The notes beneath the pieces were generated by a model. The model ran no database searches and was not told the origin of the DNA. It worked only from the letters and a program-made list of their open reading frames with translations. From a virus (Duplodnaviria; Caudoviricetes): 64,000 bases of DNA. The stretch spans positions 1 through 64,000 of the IMG/VR virus record IMGVR_UViG_3300021387_000199; one strand, 5' to 3'. How positions within the stretch are numbered: the first letter of the stretch is position 1; each line of letters starts with the position of its first letter. This document shows positions 39,376 through 50,292 of the stretch, one piece after another. The translations under genes and the position numbers were made by a program.

Positions 39376-41439
39376 TTACGAATATCTTGTTACTTTCACA
39401 GGTCTGCGAATTCGCAGCATATCTTTATAGTTGCTCTCAATTTTACGAGTAGGAATAATCTGTTTCCGACGCTCTAACATGAGGGCAAAACACGCCATTG
39501 CGGACACATAGGCGCGGTCATCATGCATACGTGAAGCCTTTTCTGGAATCAATTCAAATGAATCCTTACCTGACTATCTCCGTTTCCTTACCATGTTCGT
39601 AAGTTCCTATTTGAGAGCGTCCATATTAGCGAGAGCTATCTTATCTTCCCAATCAAGCTTGATAGTTTTCGTTTCAAGCTCTGACGTCAACTCCTACTTG
39701 AGCCGCTTTTCAAAATCTACCTCGTTGAGTTTCTATTTCTTCAGCTTCTCTACGAGTTTAGCCTTCTTCTTAGCGGTTTCTTCCTCGTCGATGTCGAACA
39801 CTGTCAAATGATCTTTGTTATCATAAGGCGCAGTAAAAGACACCTTATCCTGATTCATTAACTCGATCATGGATTCAAACATCTCAGATTTATACTGAGA
39901 CGGGGAGATAAGACGGAGCTTATCTACAGCGTTCGGGAATTTCTTCACGTATTCAGAAGAGTATTCCTTATCAATCAAACCCCGATGAATAATTCCTTCA
40001 GAATCAGTCCAGTCTGGCATAAGAAAGTCGGCTATATTTACGCCGCCTCCACCAGATCCGGCATCAACAAAAACGCCTATGATATTCCCGTAAGCATCGG
40101 CCCCGCCGTTATAAGCGAGAATTACCTTCTTCAAATATTCAATCTGATCAGGCGTTTGCATAGGCGACTTAATCCTTTTACCTACATCAACAAGATTGAT
40201 ACAATTGACAAAACGCATTCGTTTGTCTATGGCGCCATCAATTCTGATAAAATCGTATATCTACGCTACCAGAATCACGGAATTGTCGCGACTTCGGGCC
40301 GGGTCATAACAGATCACAAACTTTTTATCTCCAGTGTCGTTGTATAGAAGAGGCTTTCTGGTCTCTTCATTACGAATGATAACTGATCGTTTGATGATCG
40401 CATCGGTTCCGGCATCTGTCGTGAATTCACAGTAATACTCACGACGGGCTTTGTCAGGATTGGTTCTAAGCTCACTCTAAATAATCGAAGATTCGAAGAG
40501 TGGGTTCATTAATTTACCGTGGATAGTCGGATGAAGTGGGATATCACATGTTATCACAGCCACGAAATATCTTTTATCACCCATGATCATTCTCTTGGAA
40601 AATTCCCTGAAAAAGCTATAAAACTTCGTATCTGTTGAAGAAGCAGAAGATATGTAAAATAATTGGTTAGGTATTTCTCTCGGAAGAGTGCGAAGTCTAA
40701 CGGAGTCAATCATATTTCCGTTTCCGTCGCGTCCTGATTTAAACGATTTGTTAACGATAGCGAAAGCGCCGTAGACGTTCATCATTTCCTAAGACAAGAA
40801 ACCACATTCATCAAAGATTACATTGCCTCGAGCTCCGCGCTTCTTATCAATATTGCTATTTAATGTCTGTGTATAAGACCCATTATACAAATTATAATTA
40901 AATCCGTTCGATGAATGGCTAAAACCGTCGCCGGCACTATTATGAATTTCAACCTCATTTTTAAAAACGTTAAAGGTTGAACCCATAAACGAGTCAATGT
41001 TGTCATTCGCCAATCTTTCCAAAGTTGTAAATGTTTGTTCTGCTTGGCTTCCAGATCCACTGGCTATATATGTCCAATAATTATTCATCAACATATCATG
41101 AGCCATTGTAATAATATCAATTACGGAACTTTTCCCGTAACCTCGGCTTGCGACCAATAAAACATTTGGACAAATCCACGCTTGCTGGACAATCCAAGCT
41201 TGAGAATCTAAAAGCTATACATTAAACCAGTCGTTTATAAACCTAACGGGGTTACACTGATAGTACTTCTGAGCATAGGCGATTTTTATCAAAGACTATA
41301 TCTTTCTCTGAGAAAGGGCATAGATACCTTCCCTGACAAATATTTTATTTCCCTGATAATGGTTTTTCAGTTTATGCTCAGACACTTTACCCTAATCTAT
41401 AAGCGACTGTTTTACTTGTTCAAAATCATCCAGTTTCAT
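39376..41439 (-). CDS. terL: Terminase large subunit, 687 aa
   Basis: Walker A (ASRGYGKS), Walker B (VIFDE), YISSA, YDPARSRDNS and HDDRAY motifs once TAGs are read through. Confidence 0.9.
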
Positions 41440-42712
41440 CAGAATCACCTCCTTCTTCGGCGGCAAATTCTGAATACAAACTTTCAAGATCGATATACTT
41501 ATATCCGGCGATTTCAATATCTTGATCCTTAATAAAATCCCTTAAATCAAGATTCTCGGACAATAATATTCGGGATATCTATATATACTTATCCAAATCA
41601 GACTGAAGCTTGGTAATCATCTATCTCTGCCCAGCAACCATGTCTGACCACTCTGATTCATCCAGCCTAAGCTGCTGTAGAATAGAGGCATTACTTAAAT
41701 CCATGACTTGACGCATTGCCTTCGCGGTTTCAATGTCAAATCCGTTCATACGACCCTGTCTCAAATCAAGATCCTTAATTCGCTTAAGTTTTCCTGACCA
41801 CGTATTCTATCCTTTCTTCGCATTTTTATTGTTCTTCAGTGAGATGCAAGATTCCGCAGCTAGACTAGTAATCTGCGAAGTCAACTTTTGTTTGGAATCC
41901 TGAAGACTCTTAATTGTGGCAGAGTTTCGCTCAATATTCTTCGGATTGGACATCAGATGAGCAATAGTATTATCCAACTTTTGAACCTGAAGAAACCCTC
42001 TGACGATAGAGATACAGGAGGAATTCCTCATCATATCATCATTTTCATCGCCGCCGGCATCAATCAGACCGATCAACTGAGAGTATAGGAACGGCTGATC
42101 TGACACAGCCTCCATGTCAAACGGATCGTACCCTAAAAGCCGGGTAACGTCCTTTTTGTTCTTCTGGTAATCGTCCAGATTCTATGTGCCGACCTGTTTC
42201 TTTATTTTTTCTTCCTCAGGAATTTCGTCATCATAAACGATCTTCTTCTTGTAGAAATCGGAATCAAAATAGGTTTCCCCTACATATTGACCCATAGCGA
42301 CGTTCTTAATATAAGCCGTCCAAACATTGGTCTTTATCTTTCCTGTAATCAAATTCTCGGACTCCTGAACAGATGAGTCCCAGAGAGAATTATGATACGG
42401 TTTATTCAGATACTTCAGTGCCAACTGGACAGATTCCTTAGTCGGTTCGTGTTCATCACCGTTGCGATCTACTCTGAGCGCGATCTTACGAGCGCACTAT
42501 TTACAGATCGGGGTAATCCCCGACTGTATCATCGGATCCGTACTCACGTAAAAATGATCCTTGCTCTTATGTGTATCACACATATAGCAGTAGCCATAAG
42601 TAGAATACTTCGCGAGCTTCTACTTCATTTTTTCGTTTTCTTCTCTTACCTGAGCAATCGGCACCTTCCCAGTTTTCGGTGTCGCTGCCGGCGTAGTTTT
42701 CTTTCGCGGCAT
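41426..42712 (-). CDS. Zinc-finger protein upstream of terL (possible small terminase), 428 aa
   Basis: CYMC...ICK*C; LLGYDPF; same-frame fragments joined by TAGs. Confidence 0.7.
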
Positions 42713-42743
42713 AATCGCCACCTCCTTATCCTTTTATCCTCAA

Positions 42744-42814
42744 CAGCCGATCCACGAATTGAACGTGGCCCTCTTGGGTCAAAGCCAAGTTTGCTCCCTC
42801 TACACTAATCGGCT
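42744..42814 (-). tRNA. tRNA-Gln(UUG)
   Basis: AGCCGAT/ATCGGCT acceptor, CTTGG-CTTTGAC-CCAAG anticodon arm, CCACG-TTCAATT-CGTGG T arm, G73; no encoded CCA. Confidence 0.85.
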
Positions 42815-42953
42815 ACGTGTATATATGCTAACCCCCAGAGCTAGGCTTTATGCCCAGCCCCGAGAGAAAGTCTCTTATTTAGGAAAGACCTGAAAGAAGA
42901 GGAATAATATACGTCCCCGTGATTCCTTTCTTCCCTCAGGTCTATTGTTTTCA

Positions 42954-43232
42954 TTACTTAATGTTCAGGTAGTCCATGACAGCCGGCATAAACTTTACCT
43001 TCGCGACCACCTTCTCCGGGACAATAATCTTCTCACCGTTCTTCGGGTTTCTGCCCTCATGCTCGGGCTTTACCTGAGTTGAAATAGTGGCGAAATTCGC
43101 CAGCTTTACCTGGGAATCACGCTTCATTCCCTCAGTAATCCCCTTGAGTACTGCGTCAATATAAGCAGCCGCATCCTTCTTGGATCCACCGGTCTGCTTA
43201 GCTACTTCAATAATCAAATCTGCTCTAGTCAT
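42954..43232 (-). CDS. hup: HU family DNA-binding protein
   Basis: MTRADLI...GRNPKNGEKIIVPEK signature. Confidence 0.92.
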   Translation of the reverse strand: MTRADLIIEVAKQTGGSKKDAAAYIDAVLKGITEGMKRDSQVKLANFATISTQVKPEHEGRNPKNGEKIIVPEKVVAKVKFMPAVMDYLNIK

Positions 43233-43315
43233 AGTTTTCTCCTTTAATCCTTATAATCCTTTTATAATTTTCTTTTAAAATAGCTACGGCCACTAAAACC
43301 GTAGCTATCACTTAA

Positions 43316-44494
43316 TCATAATTCAATTGGGTAATAAGCCTCGACCCCGTCCTCATTACAGACACATACCATCTGGGCCGGCTTTCCGGTCAGCCTCTTT
43401 TCCAAGGTGTAATTATCTCCTGAGCCACAGAGAGATCCTCCGCGAATCATCTTGATTCCGTTACTCTCAGACACGGCACAAGTATGAAGGTGCCCGTACA
43501 ACACAGCGTACGGAATGTGCCCTAACATCATACAGAGCTTCGACATGCCAGCGGGAGAGAAGTCGTCGTAATCTCCGTGAACTCCCACGTATTCATTCCC
43601 ACGAATAAATATCTGAGAAATACCGGTGTCATAATAATTCGTTCTGTAGGCAAAGTTCTTCACGTTGTTCAGTCTCAAAGAAACTGTCCAGGCGATCAGA
43701 TCATCGAGGCGTTCATTATGAATCGCGTCGTCTTTACGATCTATCCGCGTGTGATTACCCGAAACAGAATGAAAATTCACACATCTGAAACGCTGACAGA
43801 GAAGGTAACAGAAATTCGTAATCAGATCGGACGCTATTTTCACCTGATCAATTACGTTTTCACGATTCGTCACCTGAATTGCTCTGTGGATATTCCCACT
43901 GATGATATCTCCCTGAAGAGACACGTAACAATCCTGGCATTCGTGGCGATCCGCTATGCTTACTATCTCCTGATAAAGCTTCGCGAGTCTCTCCTTAGCC
44001 ACGTCTGTATTGTAATATCCGAAGTTATTATCAAACGTAGCCCCTATATGAAAGTCGGACAGAATCACCAGAAGATCCGAACTGCCCGGCCTGGAGTATT
44101 CCCGAACATCAGGAAATTCAAACCGGCTGTTTTCAAGAAGCCGATCAGCCAGATAATCTAGTTTCTGATCTACTCGCGCCCGAATATAGTTCTGTTTATT
44201 CCAGGCGTTCCGTTCATCTCTGAACCTGATTTTCTCAGCCTCAAGCTCACGAATCTTCTCGTTTAGCTCGTTGATCTGCTCATCAGTGTCACCCAATGCC
44301 GCCCGATTCGCCTCGAACAACTTAGTGAAACTGGTATATTCTTTACGGTATTTACTCTCGCCGTATCTCTTACCAGTTAGCTAATTGAGAACGTCGGCAA
44401 CATCATTCCACGAACCGATCAGATCTTTGTCCTTACATACCCTGAAAATAAGCTCCTCGTCGGACTATCCGGGGAGCCTTTTATACGTAACCAT
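43316..44494 (-). CDS. Metallophosphoesterase, 392 aa
   Basis: SDFHIG, GDIISG, GNH, HGD, GHLH motifs; N-terminal extension via two TAGs. Confidence 0.85.
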
Positions 44495-44498
44495 CGGA

Positions 44499-44717
44499 TT
44501 ATTCCCCCGACGGATCCGGCAAGTCGTCTACGTCCTTGACCGCTATACTCAATTCTACAGGAGCTCCCTGAAAATCAGAAAAGAGAGTAGAGAGTTTTCT
44601 CGTATACCCATCTTCAGAACTGAGATACACGCCGTCTTCTTCAATATCCAGAATACCGACCGCCTTCAAGACGGTAGCAGTAGTTTTCTTGTAGCTTACT
44701 GACTTTGATTTAGCCAT
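44499..44717 (-). CDS. YonK-like small protein
   Basis: Size, sequence style and SPbeta-like context. Confidence 0.5.
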   Translation of the reverse strand: MAKSKSVSYKKTTATVLKAVGILDIEEDGVYLSSEDGYTRKLSTLFSDFQGAPVELSIAVKDVDDLPDPSGE

Positions 44718-44729
44718 AATTGTCCTCCG

Positions 44730-45392
44730 TTACTTTTTACTCCAGATTTCATCCATCGATTTGATAATCTTGCTACAGAGACCTTTTTCTACGGCTTCTT
44801 CAGCATCAATATACCAGTCAGACGAGAAATTCTCCTCGAATTCCTCTTGACTAATCTTAGTCCTAGAAAGAATATACTTACCAAGATTACCAATCTGTCT
44901 TTGATAATTCAAAATGGCCGCGACTACATCTTCATAGTTCCCGGCGAAGCTTCCTGCGCCCTGATGGATGAGAAACTCCGCAGTCGGGAATGTATATCTC
45001 TTATGGCAAGCAAGAAAAATAAAACAAGCAGCCGAAGCAGCCATTCCACAATTGACACCTATAACCGGGGTTCTACTCAGAGTTATAGTATCAACCAAAG
45101 AGTTGTTGATATTAAGATCACCGCCGGGGGAGAGGAAGAGAAGAGTAATCGGAACCCGTTCCTTCACGGGCTTCCCGTAATCTTCCCGATTCCAGTTCAT
45201 GATAAACTTCTCAAGTTCCAGAGTAAGATCATCTATTTCAGCGTCAATCCAGAGTGTCCGATTATCTAGATTCTTGTAATATGTTACAAGAGCCGGATCC
45301 GGCAGACTCAGGTTCTAAGCGCTACAGCCGGCAGATTCCACCGTGATACACGGGATAATGTCGGCCCTCTTTTTCACTTTATTCTCGTTCAT
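44730..45392 (-). CDS. ClpP-like protease, 220 aa
   Basis: SPGG, GMAASAA and FLIHQG motifs; one TAG near the N-terminus. Confidence 0.85.
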
Positions 45393-45407
45393 CCGAAGTC
45401 CTTTCGA

Positions 45408-45842
45408 TTAAGCAGTCTTGACCTTCACAGCAATCGTCTTTTCTCCGGGGTTTCCCTCACGCCGCTTCTCAAGCTTGGCGATTTCCTCGAGCAGATCCTC
45501 TGAGGATTCGAAGATAAATACCGTCTTGTCAGAATTGTCCCTGTCCGGGTTGATATCCACGACCTTATAACCTTCAGTGATAAGCTTCTTAGCAATTCTG
45601 GGACTGCTTACGAGCTTGTACTTCTTATCAACCTCTTCCTCAGTCTTCTCTGTCGCCTTGCCGAGATCTTCTCTCAGCTTATCATCGAGACGGAAAATAA
45701 AAACAGTCTGGTTACGGTTGTGCCTGTTCGGCTCAATCGAGATCAGATCATTCTACATATTGAGAAGCCTCTTGGCGATTCTCTGGTTGAAGATAAGCTT
45801 TCCGGTGACTTCCTTGGTTTCTACTGATTCATTCATATCCAT
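45408..45842 (-). CDS. Protein with two tandem DUF5659-like repeats, 144 aa
   Basis: Duplicated RIAK.L...I.P.R.N...TVFIF unit; one TAG. Confidence 0.7.
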
Positions 45843-45859
45843 TTCTCCTTTGATTTCCT

Positions 45860-46030
45860 TTAATCCTTGTTACTCTGAGACTGCCTGTAATCATCAAGGG
45901 CCTGAAGTATCTTCCTGCCCTCACAGGCATAATATTGTTTACGCTTGCTCCAAGTATGCATAATATCTGAATGCCACCTGAAACCGTTCTGTACGAGGTA
46001 ATGAGCCTCATCTTTAGTGATTTTAACCGT
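45860..46030 (-). CDS. Small hypothetical protein (apparent ACG start)
   Basis: AAAGGAGTG-N6-ACG GTT AAA ATC; TAA stop. Confidence 0.55.
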   Translation of the reverse strand, partial: TVKITKDEAHYLVQNGFRWHSDIMHTWSKRKQYYACEGRKILQALDDYRQSQSNKD

Positions 46031-46499
46031 GTTTCTCACTCCTTTATTTATTATTTCTCGACTGCTCCAGAAAGGACTGAAGCGGGATAATCTTCCCGAT
46101 TTATAATCCGCGGAGTACCCCTCAACAGTCACGGGGAACGCTTCGCGAATCATATCTTAAGATGTTCATCTATAAAGCCTCTAAGCTTTATCCATACCAT
46201 ACAAGACCGAAACGTTTGCCGTAATACCGATTCACGATATTTTGAAATAATGAGCTGTTGTCGTACCGTCATCCCGTATATAGAATCGTTTCCAAACCCT
46301 TCATAATTCTTTCCTTAAACAGAAATTGTTCTGTAAGTTGGAGCGGTTTTACACAACCGCGACGATTTTCTATAGTGGAACTATAGGTGGTACTATTTGA
46401 GCTGTTAGTTCAGCGGCGCATCTACACTTCGTACGCCCGAAGCGGTCAGCTATTATCTTCGTTTCAGTCCTTTACGGAACAGTCGAGATAAGATCTTAC

Positions 46500-47129
46500 T
46501 TAACTGGCAGTGAGGATGTCCTCAATCGAGTCTTCCTCAGACCAGCGCGGTTCAAAATCAACCTGGATATCCAGATTGTACCGATCAATTTCCTTGGACA
46601 TTTCCTTCATCTCGCGATTCAGACGGTTAGCGATTCCCTTGACCTTGTTGCGATCGTAGTTGATCTTTTCAACCGTCGTTATCTTGTAGATAAACGAGGT
46701 CTGCTTACCGTCGACTTCATTCAATGCGTAAAAAGTCCCGTTTCCCTCAGTTTCATGAGCCTTTTTCTTACTCATATTGTTCAAATAAGACGCAAGAACC
46801 TTCTTGTCCTTATTTGTCATACAGGCAGCGTCAATCTGAAGATCAGCCTGAGCCTTCGCTATAGAAATAGCATTTGCCAGCTTCTCCCTTTCACCGATGA
46901 TGTCCAGAGCAAGGTCAACTACCCTCTCAGGGGTAATATAAAGATCATCAAAAGGGCCGGCGACAGTCTCGACCTTATCCGACACAGCCTTATTAGCGTC
47001 CGACATATGATGAGTCTTGACCGTTGTCATGATGAAATCATTGTCTGACAAAAGCAATACAACCTCTGAGAACAGATCTCTCAGATGATTCTGATATCTA
47101 CAGGCGTCATTGAAATCGATCATATACAC
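46500..47129 (-). CDS. Conserved hypothetical coiled-coil protein
   Basis: Intact 209-aa ORF; upstream TTGACT/TATAGT promoter-like elements. Confidence 0.75.
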   Translation of the reverse strand: MYMIDFNDACRYQNHLRDLFSEVVLLLSDNDFIMTTVKTHHMSDANKAVSDKVETVAGPFDDLYITPERVVDLALDIIGEREKLANAISIAKAQADLQIDAACMTNKDKKVLASYLNNMSKKKAHETEGNGTFYALNEVDGKQTSFIYKITTVEKINYDRNKVKGIANRLNREMKEMSKEIDRYNLDIQVDFEPRWSEEDSIEDILTAS

Positions 47130-47250
47130 TTCCTCCTTATAAAATCCTCAACTACACTTCCCTTACCACTATACGGACTTAAGGAAAGTCAAATATTTAC
47201 TATAATTTACAAGCAAATATTTGATCGAAGAGAGGGGATGCGGCTGTAAA

Positions 47251-49998
47251 TTACGTGCCGCCCCTTACAAAATTCTTCAGGAACCTCTCTTTATCCATTC
47301 GGTATAGGCAATTCAATATTTGTCGTGAATACTTAGCATTTTTGCGCTGAAAAGGTTTATTTACTTTGTCGTCGCTGCCCTCAAGGTCCAAAGCTGTCTA
47401 TATAAGGCGATTGATTACCTTCAAGTTCTTGAACCTCAAAGACTTAAGTCTCTACACCGCGATTTCCATGTCTTTACCCATCTTAAACATGGCAGACATC
47501 GGATCATTCCAGTCTTCCACCAAATCTCTCTTTACGGCAGCAGAATAATCTTTGATTATGTCTAATACTTTATTCGTAGTTCGCCAATCGGCTCGGCCCT
47601 TAACCTTAACGAAAAAGTCTTCGGTCGGGATCCAGTCATTTGTTCTGACCCCCTGAATCTTGTTCAGGTAATCTTGAAGCCAGTTCATAGGGCAGACAAA
47701 AGATTCGTCGATCCGGTCGCGGAGTTTGTTTTTGTTTTCTTTGACGATCTAATAGGGGATTTCTTCACCATTCCTGGCTCTGGGAACGTCACGGGTGTAC
47801 TTCATGAATAAGGGGAAGTCTTTTTTCTGGGTATGGATTTTGCCGGAATTGTCTCTGTATTGAACCTATTTGATCATGCAAGGTTCGCGGAGAATACGTT
47901 TTATTTCTTCAAGGCCATCTATTTCATAAACTCTCTTGCAGCCATCTATGATTATCTGAGCAAGCACACTCAATATTATGAAATTCTAATAATAATTTTG
48001 CATATCCTACTTATTAGGATTTTCTTTTGACAATTCTGTCCAATAATAGCTCATACAAAGCTGAGCGGCGTTTGAACTCCAGCCAATTCCCAGCTGGGAA
48101 TGAGCCATCATATTGTCCATACGAGCATAATCAGCCATGGTATTGTTGTATGACAAACCTGATTCTTCGAGGCTATTTACTATAGTGGGATATTCCTCAT
48201 AGCAAATCTTGGCGGCTTTCACCAAAGTGGGATGATTGGACACAAAATTGAAGTCCGAATCAAAATCTTCGCCATTCATCCTAGACTGAATGTCTGTTTC
48301 TATGCAGTTTACCGCCATAATATTGGAACTAAATTCGAAATACTCTTCCATTAGTTCATGTTTTATATTAAGGAAATACCCTAAGTTGTTGGGAGAGTTA
48401 TGAGGGTTGCGTATCCCTAAAAGATACTCACCATCCTAAAATCTTGGCGTATAACACTCGATTACACCTGATCTCGGCCTCAATGTTGGATCTTTTTGCC
48501 AATCTTCGCCAACAGAATAGAGTAGTAGAGCATAAGGATTTCCGCAAACCGTCAGATTATCCCCCTCAACAAAGATTTTCCCATTCCTGAGCTTGAAAAC
48601 GTAGGCATTGATTATCTTCTTTTTCTCGTTCAGAAACCAGCGGGATTTTGCGAAATCGTGGTTATGAGCGTACAAATCAGCCATCATTTCGTAATGATTG
48701 ACCTAATTCGCGTTTTCCCGGAGGAACTCTTCGAATTTATCCGGATCCTTCTTCAGGCTTTCAACGTATTCGATGCTGGTCCGGGCGACTTCGCCGATCT
48801 CTTCCTTACTGAGCGGAAGAGTGTTGACCATCTGGTAAGACATCTGCTGATACCGCCCGATCTTGGACGGGTGATCAGTCTTTACGATCCCCCACTTGCA
48901 ACCGTCATCGCGGATTTTCTGACACCAGTAGTCGTACGCGGCCTTCTAAGTTCCCCCCATTTGAGGGACAAACTTCCGCCATTTCACGGCATTGTCTGTC
49001 GTGATCATCTGGATGTCCTTCAGCCGATGCGAATACCCGAACATATCCTGAACTTCGTAAGTTTCGTAATTATTACCAGTCTTTTCACACCAATCCCGGA
49101 AGAATTTCTGTAGCCGGGTCCTGAACGCGCAAGCCTTGAACATGTGATTCCTGAGCAGACACATTCCGTTGACCCAGTTCGGCAGCGAGAGAGTGTCTAT
49201 AAGCGCCATTCCGTCCCACAATGTATTCTTTACCTACGTCTCTTCATGAGAAACGACGCATTTTTTCGCTATTTCCCCGTTTGACTTGGCGTAATCTTCG
49301 GCTTTTACGACCTCCGCGACAGTCCTGAAGAAAGAATCCTGATCCTTCAGAATCAGTATGTTTTCTACCGGAATATGCAGAGTTCCGACGATTGTAGACG
49401 TGGTCAGCGGGGCATAAGCGCTCATTTCAACGACTTTCGCCCCTTTATCCGGCAATTTTATGCCCATCGTGAGCCAATTGTGGGCTGTTTCGTACAATTC
49501 TTCCCGAATAAACATTACTTCGCCGACTTTAGCCTTCGCCGGCGTCCTGAAGAGCATAACATAGTGGATTTTGTCGGCGTATTCTATGTTTCCGTCTTTG
49601 TTCCGGTACTCATACACTATATCTACGCCTTCTTCGTAGAACTTCGTCCGAATCTGTTCCCGGCTCAGGGGAACGTATTTATCTTTGTTCGCGTCGATTT
49701 TATCCAGTATCCTTCGGATATTTTCGCGCTCTTCATCGGATTTTGCCCGGTCAAACAGCTTTTCAACACGTTTTCGCTATTCTTTATAGGATTTTGAGCC
49801 AAAATCAAACGAGAGACAAACGATATCTCTAGTAGATTCCTCTTTGTAAACCTAAAGCCCGTGATCTCTCATGTAGTAGTAAAAGAGAGAGTTGTTTAAC
49901 ATCGCGTCTGTGTACGCGTAAAACTAGCGGGTTTCCAGATTACACTAATACAACATGCCCGCGGAAAAGTTTTTTATACGAATTCCAAATTCGCTGAT
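47251..49998 (-). CDS. YonO-like single-subunit RNA polymerase, ~915 aa
   Basis: LFRTPAKAKVG, LWDGMALI, LLRNHMFK, RNPHN and catalytic NGEDFDSD motifs across five same-frame fragments joined by TAGs; apparent ATC start. Confidence 0.85.
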
Positions 49999-50014
49999 AA
50001 GACCGCCCCCTTTC

Positions 50015-50275
50015 TCAGTAGCAAGTCGCCGCGAACCGCGGACAACCCTCATCATCGCTTACCAGATCTTTATACCGGGAAGATCCCTGATTCATACAGT
50101 AGTAAACAGAACCTGATTCCCGGCAGTATAAGCAGGAGCCGCAGCGGCGCTCTGTTGCCGGTACTGTCTTTCTTTGTTTTCCATAAGTCTTGATCGACTT
50201 TTTTATGTCTTCCAGTTCGTCGGAATGTAAAACGTTGTTCCTGAACTCGTAAGGTCTAATAGTAAATCCGTCCGT
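50015..50275 (-). CDS. Small Cys-rich protein, 86 aa (apparent ACG start)
   Basis: AAAGGAGG RBS, open frame filling the gap between phoH and RNAP, CGSCLYC...C...C. Confidence 0.6.
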   Translation of the reverse strand, partial: TDGFTIRPYEFRNNVLHSDELEDIKKSIKTYGKQRKTVPATERRCGSCLYCRESGSVYYCMNQGSSRYKDLVSDDEGCPRFAATCY

Positions 50276-50292
50276 GGCGACCCCTCCTTTCT

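Noticed and set aside
46150-46480. Possible c-di-GMP-I riboswitch (GGCAAAC on minus strand)
   Set aside because: Remaining consensus elements not found
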